A stretch of DNA of 64,000 bases from the human T2T-CHM13v2.0 reference genome, Homo sapiens (GCF_009914755.1 NC_060939.1); one strand, 5' to 3'. Shown: positions 1-17,094, counted from the stretch's first letter. Notes: generated from the sequence alone by a model not told the origin. Program-made: numbers and translations.

Positions 1-243
1 TGGCGTGATCTCGGCTCACTGCAACCTCCGCCTCCTGGGTTCAAGTGATTCTCCTGCCTCAGCCTCCCAAGTAGCTGGGATTATAGGCAGCTGCCAACAT
101 GCCTAGCTAATTTTTGTATTTTCAGTAGAGATGGGGTTTCACCATGTTGGTCAGGCTGGTCTCGAACTCCTGACCTCAGGTGATCTGCCTGCCTTGGCCT
201 CCCAAAGTGCTGAGATTACAGACATGAGCCACTGTTCCCGGTC
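1..243 (-). mobile_element. AluS SINE (partial; continues left of window)
   Basis: Reverse Alu consensus: ctcggctcactgcaacctccgcctcc...ctcccaaagtgctgagattaca...gagccactgttcccgg. Confidence 0.97.
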
Positions 244-499
244 TAATTCTAGCACTTTCTAACTCTTAGACCTTGGCTTACATAATTAATGTTTCTAAAA
301 GCTGTGATTTTTTTCATTTGCATAATGGAAATTGAAATAGCTCATTGTGATGGTTCTTCATTCAACATGTTTTTAAAGTCCCTACGAGGTGCTCAAGCAC
401 TCTGCTGCTGTGATACTGTGGGTACATGACTGGGAAAGCCAGAGGCCATCTGATACAGCCACAGGAATGAAGCTTTGCTGGTTGATAGATGGGATAATG

Positions 500-685
500 C
501 AGGGGTTGGCAAACTTTTTCTGTAAAGCGCCAGATAGTAAATATTTTAGGCTTTATTCTGCCATAGTAGTGCAAAAGCAGCCATAAACAATATATAAACA
601 AATGGGTGTGGCTCTGTGCCAATAAAACTTCACAAAAAACAAGCAGCAGGCTTTGGCTTGTAGGAAGTAGTTTGCCTACTGCTGG
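500..685 (+). mobile_element. MER58A hAT-Charlie MITE (with internal deletion)
   Basis: caggggttggcaaactttttctgtaaagcgccagatagtaaatattttaggcttt...gtagtttgcctactgctg matches recalled MER58A termini and body. Confidence 0.85.
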
Positions 686-1012
686 GCTAAAGGTTAATGT
701 TTGTGGATTGAGGGTCAGTTCCAGATCACTCCAAGAAGGTGGCTTCAGATGATGAACATGTGGACTTAGGCTGGCATGCTGGGAGTTCTTCAGGAGGGCC
801 TCCAAATGCATCATTCCTCTTGCTTATGCAGAGCTGGACGGGTTAGATCTCAAGCTGGCTTAATTAACTTTCCAGGCCTTCTTCCTTAATGGCAAAGTAC
901 AAATTCAGTAGCATTCAGTGGCCCCTTATAACAGACACAGTAAGTATGACAAAGATACAACCCAGCCTACACTACTGGGATGACAGGGAAAAGTCATCCC
1001 AGCAGGGTTTAA

Positions 1013-1165
1013 CTAGTGGTTTCCCAAACTTGAACACTCATTGAATCACTCAGGATGCTTGTTAAAAATACAGATTCCTGGACCCCTACTTTAGAATGAT
1101 TATTTCAAGCTATAGAGATGACCTGGGGATTCTGGACCATTAGCATGTGGACCAGATGATTTTAA
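1013..1165. mobile_element. MER5-family hAT-Charlie fragment
   Basis: agtggtttcccaaactt...gaatcactcaggatgcttgttaaaaatacagattcctggacccc. Confidence 0.6.
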
Positions 1166-1434
1166 AGGAGGGAAACTCAGAGTTAGGCCCCTTTTAGCTG
1201 TGACATACAGTGGTTATCAAAAGAGTAAAGGAAGCCTGTCTGCCCTTGCTGGGCTGTGGTGGGACAGAGAATGGTGGTGGTGGGGATCGTTATCTTGTCT
1301 GCAAAGACGTGGCAGGATGTGGTTGACCTGAACTTCCTGTGAATCAAGGAACCAGAGAACAGGGGGGAGAGATTCACAGCCCGGCAGTAGGCTCAGCCCA
1401 CATGCCTAGAGTGTGCTCAGTGGGTACTGGGAAA

Positions 1435-1580
1435 TGAGAGCCTGGCCCCACCTCTTCTCCGTGACCTTGGGCAGGTCACTTCACCTCTCAGAGTGTCAGT
1501 TTCCTCATGGATACAAAGGAGATGATGATAGGTCATTTTCAAGGACACCATGAAGAATAAATAAGGTATCATTTATAAAA
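1435..1580 (+). mobile_element. MIR SINE fragment
   Basis: MIR core gtgaccttgggcaggtcacttcacctctcagagtgtcagtttcctcat. Confidence 0.75.
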
Positions 1581-3384
1581 CCTCTGTCTCCTTGATTAGT
1601 GGTAGAAAATTCTCTTTCAGTGGAATCAGTGTCCACCTCAAAACATCCAAGGGCCAAGAGTTAGGAGACCTCCTTCATGGGCGGGGTTTTACCAATGACT
1701 CAATGCTCCATCTTGGAGTAAGTGAGATCATGTTGCTGGGCCTCACTTCACTTGACTGTAGAATGGGACGTTATGCACCTGCGGTTCCCTGTTTCCTTTT
1801 CAAGGATTCTCTTGAAGGTTGGATGAGACTATGGAATGAGAAGTGTCCTGGTGCTGTCAAGGGATATGGCAAAAAAAATGTGCAAGACCATTCTTGTCAG
1901 GTGCGGGGAGAGATGTTGCTGACTTTAATAATGTACTTCTTTCCATTTGTTATTTTTACAACAAAGGAAGAAATAAAACAGGACCTCTGAAAGATTCCTT
2001 GTCATATATAGCTTTCTCCTATTGAGTTATTTTCATCTGAGTTTATCAATCAATTGAGAAACAGTCACTGGATATCAACGGTGTACCCAGCCCTGTGCTA
2101 TGTGTAAGATAAGGAGGTTCAGAGGTATGCCGCTAGGTCCCTAACCATGAGAGACCCACAGTCCAGCTTAGGAGATAACAAATATGTGTTATCCAGGTAT
2201 GTTAACACATGGGAAGTGAAATAGCAGTGCAGTGATGATGCTGATGATGCTGACAGTAATGATGGAAAGGATGAAGATGATGTTAATTATTCTTCATATA
2301 CACCACAATTGTACAGTTTACAAAGCATGTTTAGGACGATTATCTTATCTGATATTCAAGTCTAGAAAAACCCTGATTTTACTGATGAACAAACTGAGGG
2401 TAATAACTTCTCAGAGATCAGATAGGAAGAAAGTAGCTTAGTTGGACTCCAGCTTCTTTCTTTTGGCCCCAAGAGTGCCATTATCCTCAAGACATCATAA
2501 CTTTCTTCCTTTAAATTGCAACAGAACATTGCAAAATGCACATTATCGTCAGATAGTAACATGAGTAAATTAGCACATGGGAAGTGAATGTTACAAGATC
2601 TCAAAGAGCAGGCAGGTCAGGAGACTGTTGACTGCAGTGAACAGAAGAGGCTCAGTGGAGAAAGCTGTAACTGAGTTTAGCCTTGGAAGGCTGCATGGTA
2701 TTTTTGAGAGGTGGAGATGGGGAGAGGGGTGACATTCTTGGCAACTGGAAATGTATAGGTAAGAAAGGAAGTGAGAAAGTTCAGGGTGTGGCAGGAAATA
2801 GCCAGACCCCAGTCTGACCACAGTGGGTTCCATATAGTGGATCTGCTGGGGAAGAGTTGGGGATGTTCTCTTCCAAAGGGCTGGAGTGGTACTCTTTACT
2901 TTAGCGTAGGTGGGATATGGCCACCATTTTCTCTTTGATATCCTTATCCCCCTCAATCCCGAGTCCATCCATAATCAAATGAAGCAGTAATCAAATCAAA
3001 TAACAGTCTGTAGTCCTAGCCCAAAGACAGAGTCTGCCACTTCCGACTTTTTTCTTTAAAAAAAAAAAAAATGTCAGAATGCTGCTGAAACAGGAACAGC
3101 ATTGAGGCAACAGCAGCTCTGACTCACAAACAGCACATCAAAGCAGCAACGATAAGAAACTGGCAGTAATTGTGCGTGTGAGCAGTGTTTTCCTGATGCT
3201 CTTTGAGGCTTGGGGGCCCCTCTGGGCAGCCTGATTGTGGAAAGAAGCATGTGGTTTTCAAAAATTGGGTGACTCACCACACAGGCAGTGTTCAGAAACA
3301 AAAACAAAGTCCTGTCTGCTTTGGTTCTCAGAGCCCAGGGCTTTGGGTCACTGCACATTTCAGGACATCAGTGAGCTGAGATTC

Positions 3385-3660
3385 ATCTATTCATTCATCC
3401 AACCATCCATACATTTGACCATCCATTTATGCATCCATCCATCCATCCATCCATCCATCCATCCATCCATCCATCCATGCATCTGTCCGTCCACCCACCC
3501 ATCCAGGCATGCATGCATGCAGGCATCCATCCATCCATCCATCCATCCATCCATCCATCCATCCATCCGTCCGTCCATTCATCCATTCATCCTTCTATCT
3601 ATGTATGCATCTTTCCATTCATCCATGCATCTATCCACCCATCCGTCCAACCATTCATCT
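3385..3660. repeat. (CCAT)n/(ATGG)n degenerate tetranucleotide microsatellite
   Basis: Long catc-catc array; gives rise to the spurious HPSI/MDGW ORFs. Confidence 0.97.
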
Positions 3661-3910
3661 ATTTGTTCCACAGATACTATGAGCACATATTTGGTATAGG
3701 CCCTGTGCTAGGCACAGAAGATGTAGTGGTGACCAAGATAGACTCTGAACTCAGTCCCTACCTTCATGGGTCTTATAGTCTATTGACAGAGAGAAGTATT
3801 GACCAAATAATTACATTGGCAATTAAATCACTACTGTGAAAAGCGCTGTGAAGGGAAATACTGAGGTGTGTAATAGGAGAAAGTGACCTAGTCTGGGAAG
3901 ATGGTCAATG
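3660..3910 (-). mobile_element. L2 LINE 3' fragment (its tail is the adjacent microsatellite)
   Basis: gagcacatat...ggccctgtgctaggcacagaagatgtagtggtgaccaagatagac...ccttcatgggtcttatagtc resembles reverse L2 3' end. Confidence 0.65.
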
Positions 3911-4082
3911 AAAGCAGGAACTTACGCTAAAAGATAGATAAGATTGATAACTCTACAATCAGCCTTTCAGCACCACCTCCTCCACCATTAGGGATAATAA
4001 AGAGGTAAAATTCAACATTTTTCAATCTCTCTGTCTTCATACAAACACCATGAGGAGTTAATGACACAATCATGCTTTTTTT

Positions 4083-4285
4083 GAGTCTCAGAGACCTGGG
4101 TTCAAATCCCATATTCTGAACTTACTACTGCTGTGACTTTGAATAAATTACTTAACCTTTCTGATTCTCAGTGTCTTCCACCATAAAGTGAGGATAATTA
4201 TAATGGCCTTCAAAAGATAGTTTAGAATATAGGTTGAAATAATTTCTGTCAACTTCCTAGCCTATAGTAGATCCTTAATAACTGT
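4083..4285 (+). mobile_element. MIR SINE
   Basis: agacctgggttcaaatccc...gctgtgactttgaataaattacttaacctttctgattctcag. Confidence 0.8.
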
Positions 4286-6518
4286 GGCCAGGTTCTTAAT
4301 CTGCTGTCACTGGTACGCAATTGTATGCATATCTCATGTGAGTTTGTTCTCCAGGGATGATCAGAGCACCATGCCTATTGTCTGAAGTGGCCGGCTGAGT
4401 TCTAGAACATAGCCATCTTTAATGCGAGTCTGAATTAGATGATCTCTAAAGTTCCTTACTATCCCAGCTTCTAGAATCCCAAAAATTCTTCATGAAAAAA
4501 AGCAAAACCATAGGCCAGGAGTAAGATGCCATGGAATCTCTTTTGCCCCTCTGAGCCTCAGTTTCCCTGTATCTCCAATGGTAGAGTTGGAACTAAGAGT
4601 ATTTGTGGTCTGACAGTCTGGGATTTTGTGATCTGCAGGAGGCAAGAGGTCCTCGGCAGAGCTGGTGCCTGATCAAATCACGACATCCATAGAGTTTTAC
4701 TTCTGCCCCTGTCCTTCCCCTGCTCTTTCTGCCAGCTGGCTCCAGGTGCCAGGGCTCTCACCTGCCCAGGTTCCTTCAGACAGAGCATGAAACAGCATCA
4801 ACCAACAGCTTAGTTTATTCACACTGTGATCCATGAGACTTAATATGTTTTCCCCCTTCAGAAAAATATACCTTTGGAAAGATGAACCTGGAGAGGATAA
4901 TGCTTGACTCTCCTAGGTCTATCAATAATGGAGGAACTCCAGGCCTTGTAGGAGAAATGTACGGCTTCATCTCATTTCACACTCAAGGGGGAGCTCTTTA
5001 TTCTGTGTATGGTCAGGATGTCCTTGCTGGGGATGGGAGCAGATCGGGAGGGAGGGGCTTGAGGTTGGAGCGGACAGGTGTTGAAGGATATCCTTCCTTG
5101 TGAAGCTCTTTTGGATGAGAGAGAGAGCAGTGCTGGTTGAGGTTCATGTCTCTCTGTTTCATGGTCTGGCTCCCAGGGACCAGCCAGTGTGGACCAGGAC
5201 CCGGGGCATCTTGTCCTACATTTCCTCTCAGCCTGAGCCCTCCACAAGAGTTCTCTGGACAAGCCTTGCTTATGAGTGCCCCTGAGAGCTTCCTTTGGTG
5301 TGGCCAATGTCCCTTCTACAACCTTATTAGAGCGATGCATGGAGCAGAGTTAAATAAACAGAAATCTCTTAAGCATTTGACTACAGACTCAACTTCCCTT
5401 GTCAAATAGCCTGGGCTTTATCATTTTGGTTATTTTGGGAGTGAGGTGGGGTGGGTAGTCTTTCTTGTTTTTAGGAAATGGTATATAGAAGGCATATACA
5501 GAAGTGGTATGCAAATTCCACATCCCCTGCCCATGCAGAGGTTAGAAATTGAGCCCATCACTACTAATATTAATTTCCTATAGCCCCAGGCTTATGAGAG
5601 ATTTTTTAGGAAAATGAGAAGAGAAGCCATGGACCACAATCCCGAGGAGATACATCAGGGAGTTGGAAGAACACATTAGTTGTCCCTAAGTTTGATGGGG
5701 CCCAGCCGGGCTGTCCATTCTGCTGAAGTGGCATGGCTTTTCCTGATTTCTCTCACCTGATAATTAGTTGTGACTGGTTAAGCAGCTGGTTAGGACAACT
5801 TCAGCCTTTAGCTCTTTGAGATATCCAAGGATAATATTATTTCTAATGTTCTCCTTCTTCCTACTGGCATTAGGTGATAGTGAGGTAACTTGGTTATCTG
5901 TTGCTAGTTAGGAATCAGAGCAAGAATTTAGGAAGGAAGTATATGTGCCTTCAAAGCAGCATCAGCATCTTTTGTAGATCTTCCCAACTTGAAATCTAAT
6001 AAGCTCCAAATCTCGAACTGTTTCCCATTTATAATTTTTTTTTCTCAATAGCTGGCTTTGGAGGCTGGAGTCAGGCTGGGGTTAGCTACGGAGCAGTTGG
6101 AGAGAGAAGGCTCTGAAGCAAACTAGAGGGGAAAACATGCCAGGTGGTCAGTACCAGAGTGAGGAGGGAGAGCTGCCAAGACCTGGGAGATGGCTCCAGC
6201 AGGCAGTGAGCTGAGGCAGAGCTGGAGGCAGATTGGGCACAGCCCAGAGTGTCTGAGGGGGCACCAGTACCAGGGAAGGGGATTTTTGGGCTCCGGACTC
6301 TGCCCAGCCCTCCTGCCCATATTCTTCCCTGGTGCCCCTGGGGCTTCTCCCACTTTCATTCCATTGCTGCTTGTAAGAAGACAGATGTTGATGATCTTCA
6401 TGTCTCTGGGGCTGTCAGTTCCCCTGGCCTAAGCCAGCTGTTCCATTGCAGAGCCGAGGCCCCAAAGGGTCTTTTACCCGCCATTCTCGCTGATTTGTTT
6501 AAAGTGTCCTTCTTATTA

Positions 6519-6900
<382 letters not shown>

Positions 6901-6904
6901 AAGT

Positions 6905-7240
6905 TTTAATTTATTTTTTGAGTCACATGTGTTGAACTTATTTATTCAGTGAAATTTAACCTTTCAGAGTGTACAATGCATTCAGTTTTGACAATGTGTA
7001 GTATCCTATAACCACTTATAACAGAGAACATTTACAGGATCCCCCAAAGTTCTCTCCTGTCCCTTTAGAGCCAGCCCCCTCCCCAGCTCTCTAGTTCCTG
7101 CCACCACTAATGTGATCGTTGTCACTATCATTTTGCCTTACCTAGAATATCTTGTAAATGAAATCATTCAGTATGCAGCCTTTGAGTCTGGCTTCTTTCA
7201 CTTAGCATAATGCTTTTGAGGCTCATCCATGTTGCCTGGG
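6905..7240 (-). mobile_element. Old L1M (L1MC/MD-like) 3' fragment
   Basis: aatgaaatcattcagtatgcagcctttgagtctggcttctttcacttagcataatgcttttgaggctcatccatgttg. Confidence 0.7.
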
Positions 7241-7511
7241 AAAGAATAAGACATCCAGTCAATCCCACTTCAAAATCATGAAATGGCAGAGTGGTGGTGC
7301 CCTGAATTAAAGGATGCTGGTCAAATAACACCTACCTGCTATAAGAACATTCTAGACTACAATGCTATGAATGATAGAATAAAGGGTTGTTTCCAGTTTT
7401 CAAGTGTAGGGTTGGGTATGATTAACTTCTTTGTTAATCCCTTAAGATTTAGGGATAACTTCATAGAAATAGGTCTTCCCTCAATCTAACTTTTAGTCTT
7501 TTGGTTTTGTT

Positions 7512-7807
7512 ATTTATTTATTTAGAGACAGGGTCTCACTTTGTCTCCAGGCTGGAATGTAGTGGCACAATCTCCACTCACTGCAGCCTTGAACTCCATG
7601 GCCCAAGGGATCCTCCCATCTCAGCGTCCCCAAGTAGCTGGGACTATAGGCATGCACCACCATGCCTGGCTAATTTTCGTATTTTTTGTAGAGAGGGGGA
7701 TTTCATCATGTTACCCAGGTTGATCTTGAACTCCTGAGTTCAAGCAATCCTCTCAGCTTGACCTCCCAAAGTGCTGGGATTACAGGCATGACCCACCGTG
7801 CCCGGCC
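7512..7807 (-). mobile_element. AluJ SINE
   Basis: gagacagggtctcact...ctcactgcagccttgaactcc...cccggcc; TSD tggttttgtt at 7502 and 7809. Confidence 0.95.
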
Positions 7808-9666
7808 CTGGTTTTGTTTTAATTCAACAAGTAATACAAATTTATTTAGAATAATTAGAAAGGGAAAAATCACCAATAACTCCATTATCCCAAGATATCA
7901 CCACTATTGACATTTTTGAGTTCTAGGTTTTTCTTTTTCTGTTTGTATACATGTGTTTGTATGTTTTATATACATATATATGTGTGTGTGTATATATACG
8001 TATTTCTTTCAGCTTTTTTACTGTGGTAATATACACATAACATTCTGACCATTGTTAAGCGTACCATTCAGTGGTATTAAATACATTGATGCTGTTGTGC
8101 AGCCATCACCATCATCTATCTCCAGAACTCTTTTCATCTTGCAAAACTGAAACTCTGTATCCATTAAACATTACCTCCCCGCAGCACCTGAAAACCACCA
8201 TTCTACTTTCTGTCTCTATGATTTTGACTACCCTAAGTACGTCCTATAAGTGAAATGATGTAGTATTGGTATTTTAGTGAGTGGCTTATTTCACTTAGCA
8301 TTATTTCCTTGAGGTTCATCCATTTGTTGCATGTATCAGACTTTCCTTGTTTAAAGGCTGAATATTATTTCATTGTATGTATACACCACATTCTCTTTAC
8401 CCATTCATCTGTTGATGGACACCTGGATTGCTTCCACCTCTTGGCTACTGTGAGTAATGCTGCTATAAACTTGTGTGTACAGATATCTCTTCAAGATCTG
8501 GCTTTCAATTCTTTTGAGTCTATACCCAGAGGGGAATTGTTGGATCATGTGGCATTTCTATTTTTAATTTTTGAAGAGGCACCATATTATTTTACACAGA
8601 GGCTGTACCATTTCGCATTCCCACCAACAGTGCACAACTGTTCCAATTTCTCCACATCCTCACCAATACTTGTTATTTTCTGTTGTGTGTTTTGTTTTTA
8701 TAATAGCACTCCTAATGGGTGCGAGGTGATATCTCATTGTGGTTTTGACTTGTATTTCTGTAATGGCTAGTGATGTCGAACTAATGGCTTATTGGCTATT
8801 CATATGTCTTCTTTGGAGAAATGTCTTGTTGAGTCCTTTGCCCATTTTTGAATCAGGTTCTTTGTTTTTGTTGCTGAGTTTTAGGAATTCTCTATGTATT
8901 CTAGATATTAATCCCTTATCAGATATGTGATTTGCTTAGAGTTTCTCTCATTCCAGGGGTTGCCTTTTTACTCTGTTGATAGTGTCCTTTGATGCCCAAA
9001 AGGTTTTAATTTTTATGACGCCCAAATTAACTATTTTTTCTTTTGTAGCTTGTGCCTTTGGTGTCATATCCAAGAAAGCATTGCCAAATCTAATGTCACA
9101 AAACTTTTGCCCCATGTTTTCTTCTAAGAGCTTTATAGTTTTTGATCTGTGATATATTTTGAGTTAATTTTGTATCTAATTGGGTAAGGGGCTAACTTTT
9201 GTATATAACATGGGTAAGGGGCTACCTTTATTGTCCTGCATGTGGGTATTCAGTTTTCCCAGCACCCTTTGCTGGGAAAGGGTGAATGAAAGAACTCACA
9301 TTGAATGGCTTTGGAACCCTTGTTGAAAATCATTTGTGAGGATTTATCCCCAGGTTCTCTATTCTAATTCATTGGTCGGTGTGTTTGTGTTTATGCCAGT
9401 AACACACTGTTTTGATTACTGTAGCTTTGTAGTAAGTTTAGAAATCAGGAAGTGTGGGTCCTTCAACTTTGTTTTTTTGAAATATTGTTTTTATGCCAGT
9501 AACACACTGTTTTGATTGCTGCAGTTTTGTAGTAAATTGTGAAATCAGGAAAGGCGAGTTCTTCAACTTCGTTCTTCTTTTCCAAGATTGTTTTGGCTTT
9601 TCAGATTCCATATGAATGTTGAGGTAGATCTTTCTATTTCTGCAAAAAATGTTGGGATTTTAATAA

Positions 9667-10018
9667 TGTATTAGTTCGTTTAGGCTACTGTAACAAAATA
9701 TAGACTGGGTAGCTTATAAACCACAGAGATTTATTTCCCACAGTTCTGGAGGCTGGGAAGTCCAAGATCATATTCAGTGTCTGATGAGGGCTCACTTTTT
9801 GGTTCATAGGTGGCACCTTCTCCCTGTGTTCTCACATGATGGATGGGACAAAGCAGCTGTCTGGAGCCTGCTTTTTAAGGGTACTACTGCCAGTCATGAG
9901 GGCTCAGCCTAATCATGACCTAATCACCTTCAAAGTTTCCACCTCCTAATATTATCACATTGGTGATTAGGTTTCAATGTATGAAGTTTGGTGAGACACA
10001 AACATTCAGACCATAGTA
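9667..10018 (-). mobile_element. MLT1A/MLT1A0 (ERVL-MaLR) solo LTR nested in L1MB
   Basis: tgtattagttcgtttaggct...cacagttctggaggctgggaagtccaagatc...aaacattcagaccatagta; degenerate 5-bp TSD aataa/gatag. Confidence 0.85.
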
Positions 10019-11413
10019 GATAGGTATTGCATTGAATCTGTAGATCAGTTTGGAGTATTGATGTCTTAACAATACTGTCTTACAATCTTACAATGATATG
10101 TCATACATATCACAAATATGATATGTCTTTCCATTTATTTATGTCATCTTTAATTTCCTTCAGCAATGTTTTATAGTTTTCTTTGTACAAGTCTTTCACC
10201 TGCTTGGTTAATTCCTAAGTATTTTATTCTTTTTGATGCTATTGTAAATGGAATTGTTTTCTTAATTTCCTTTTCAGATTGTTCATTGTTATTATATAGA
10301 AATGCACCTGATTTGTGTGTGTTGACTGTATCCTGCTACTTTGCTAAATTAATTTATTAGTTTTGAAAAGGGTTTTTGGGTGCAATATTTAGGGTTTTCT
10401 ATATATAAGCTCTGCAAACAGATCATTTTACTTCTTTTCCAATTTGGATGCCTTTTATTCCTTTTTCTTGCCTAATACTCTGGCTAGGACTTCCAACACT
10501 ATGTTAAATAGAAGTGGTGTGAGTGGGCATACTTACCTTGTTCCTTATCCTAGAGGAAAAGCTTTCACCATTGAGTATGTTTGCTATGGATTTTTCATAT
10601 AGGGCTTTGATTATTTTGAGGTAGTTTACCTCTGTTTCTAGTTTTCAGAGTGTTTTATCATAAAAGGGTGTTGAATTTTGTCAAATGCTTTCTCTGCATC
10701 AATTGAGATAATCACGTGTTTTTCCTTGTCATTCTGTTAATGTGGTGTTTTACAGCAATTGATATCTATATGTGGACCATCCTTGCATTACAAGAATGAA
10801 TCCCACTTGGTCATAATATAAAATCCATATTAGCTACCAAATTTAGTTTGCTAGTATTTTGTTGATGAGTTTTTAAATCAATGCTCATAAGAAATATTGG
10901 TCTTATGAACATTTACTTAAAATATATAGTTTTCTTTTCTTGCAGTATCTTTGGCTTTTGTATCAGGGTAATGCTGACCTCATAGGCAGAGAGGAACTGT
11001 CCCTTCCTCTTCCATTTTTCAAAAAACTTTGAGAATAATTGGTGTTATGTCTTCTTTCAATGTTTGGCAGAAATCACTAGTGAAGCCATCAAGTCCAAGG
11101 ATTTTTTTTTTGTTGAATTCTATTATAATTTTTATTACTGGCTCAATCTCCTTAATAGTTATAAGTCTATTGAGATTTTCTATTTCTTTGTGCTCCAATA
11201 TTGGTAGGTTTTGTATTTGTAAGAATTTGTCAATTTCACCTAGGTTATCTGATTTGTTTGTGTATAATTGTTCATAAAAATCTCTTATAATCTCCTTTAA
11301 TTCTGTAGAATCAGTAGTAATGTTCCCACTTATGTTTCTGATTTTAATAACTGAATCCCTTTCTCTCTTTTTTTAGTCAATTTAACTAAAGATTTATCAA
11401 TTTTGTTGATATT

Positions 11414-11545
11414 ATAAAGAACCAACTTTTGGTTTTGTTTATTTTCTCTATTGTTTTTCTACTTTATTTACCTCTGTTCTGATTTCTATTTTCTTCCTTC
11501 TGCTAGTTTTGGGTTTAGTTTGTTCTTTTTCTAGTTTCTTAAGTT
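11414..11545 (+). repeat. Left copy of ~131-bp direct repeat flanking the L1PA (long TSD)
   Basis: ataaagaaccaacttttggttttg...ctagtttcttaagtt, repeated at 17317-17447. Confidence 0.92.
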
Positions 11546-12167
11546 AAATGGGGGAGGGGCATCCACCATTGCTGAGGCTTGAGTAGGTAAACAAAGTGGC
11601 TGGGAAGCTCTAACTGGGTGGAGCCCACCACAGCTCAATGAGGCCCGCCTGCCTCTGTAGACTCCACCTCTGGGGGCAGGGCGTAGCTGAACAAAAGGCA
11701 GCGGAAACTTCTGCAGACTTAAGCTGTCCCTGTCTGACAGCTCTGAAGAGAGCAGTGGTTCTCCCAGCACGGTGTTTGAGCTCTAAGAACGGACAGACTG
11801 CCTCCTCAAGTGGGTCACTGACCCCCACGTAGCCTAACTGGGAGACACCTCCCAGTAGGGGCCAACTGACACCTCATAGAGCCAGGTGCCCCTATGAGAT
11901 GAAGCTTCCAGAGGAAGGATTGGGCAGCAATATTTACTGTTCTGCAATATCTGCTGTTCTGCAGCCTCTGCTGGTGATACCCAGGCAAACAGGGTCTGGA
12001 GTGGACCTCCAGCAAACTCCAACAGACCTGCAGCTGAGGGACCTGACTGTTAGAACGAAAACTAACAAACAGAAAGGAATAGCATCAACATCAACAAAAA
12101 GGACATCTACACCAAAACCCCATCTGTAGGTCACCATCAGAGGCCAAAGGTAGATAAAACCACAACA

Positions 12168-13192
12168 ATGGGGAGAAACCAGAGCAGAAAAGCTGAAAAT
12201 TCTAAAATGCAGAGCACCTCTTCTCCTCTAAAGGATTGCAGCTCCTCGCCAGCAACAGTACAAAGCTGGATGGAGAATGATTTTGAGGAGTTGACAGAAG
12301 TACGTATCAGAAGGTCAGTAATAACAAACTTCTCCGAGCTAAAGGAGGATGTTCAAACCCATCGCAAGGAAACTAAAAACCTTGAAAAAAGATTAGATGA
12401 ATGGCTAACTAGAATAAACAGTGTAGAGAAGACCATAAAGGAGCTGATGGAGCTGAAAACCATGGCACAAGAACTACGTGACGCATGCACAAGCTTCAGT
12501 AGCTGATTCAATCAAGTGGAAGAAAGGGTATCAGTGATTGAAGATCAAATTAATGAAATGAAGTGAGAAGAGAAGTTTAGAGAAAAAAGAGTAAAAAGAA
12601 ATGAACAAAGCCTCCAAGAATATGGGACTATGTGAAAATACCAAATCTACATTTGATTGGTGTATCTGAAAGTGATGGGGAGAAGGGAACCAAACTGGAA
12701 AACACTCTTCAGGATATTATCCAGGAGAACTTCCCCAACCTAGCAAGGCAGGCCAACATTCAAATTCAGGAAATACAGAGAACACCACAAAGATACTCCT
12801 TGAGAAGAGCAACCCCAAGATACATAATTGTCAGGTTTACCAAGGTTGAAATGAAGGAAAAAATGTTAAGGGCAGCCAAAGAGAAAGGTTGGGTTAACCG
12901 CAAAGGGAAGCCCATCAGACTAACAGTGGAGCTCTTGGCAGAAACTCTACAAGCCAGAAAAGAGTGAGGGCCAATATTCAACATTCTTAAAGAAGAGAAT
13001 TTTCAACCCAGAATTTCATATCCAGCCAAACTAAGCTTTGTAAGTGAAGGAGAAATAAAATCCTTTACAGACAAGCAAATGCTGAGAGATTTTGTCACCA
13101 CCAAGCCTCCCTTACAAGAGCTCCTGAAGGAAGCACTAAACATGGAAAGGAACAACCAGTACCAGCCACTGCAAAAACATGCCAAATTGTAA
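12168..13192 (+). pseudogene. L1 ORF1p (RNA-binding chaperone), inactivated
   Basis: MGRNQSRKAENSK...LENTLQDIIQENFPNLARQANIQIQEIQRTPQRYS...; broken by stops (e.g. 12504-12506, 12965-12967) and frameshift. Confidence 0.95.
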
Positions 13193-13254
13193 AGACTGTC
13201 GATGTAGGAAGAAACTGCATCAACTAATGGGTAAAATAACCAGCTAACATCATA

Positions 13255-17094
<3,840 letters not shown>

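Larger units (their letters stand above)
8015..11545 (-). mobile_element. L1MB-type LINE-1, 3' part (3' UTR and ORF2 remnant)
   Basis: Starts with reverse L1MB 3' end (ttttactgtggtaa...ccatcaccatcatctatctccagaactcttttcatcttgcaaaactgaaactctg); continuous T-rich antisense L1 ORF2 sequence. Confidence 0.88.

Noticed and set aside
2232-2285. Met-rich ORF start
   Set aside because: (GAT)n-like low-complexity tract at the edge of a MIR fragment.
3235-3839. ORFs of 63-154 aa with HPSI/MDGW repeats
   Set aside because: Translation of the (CCAT)n microsatellite; no stop codons by composition.
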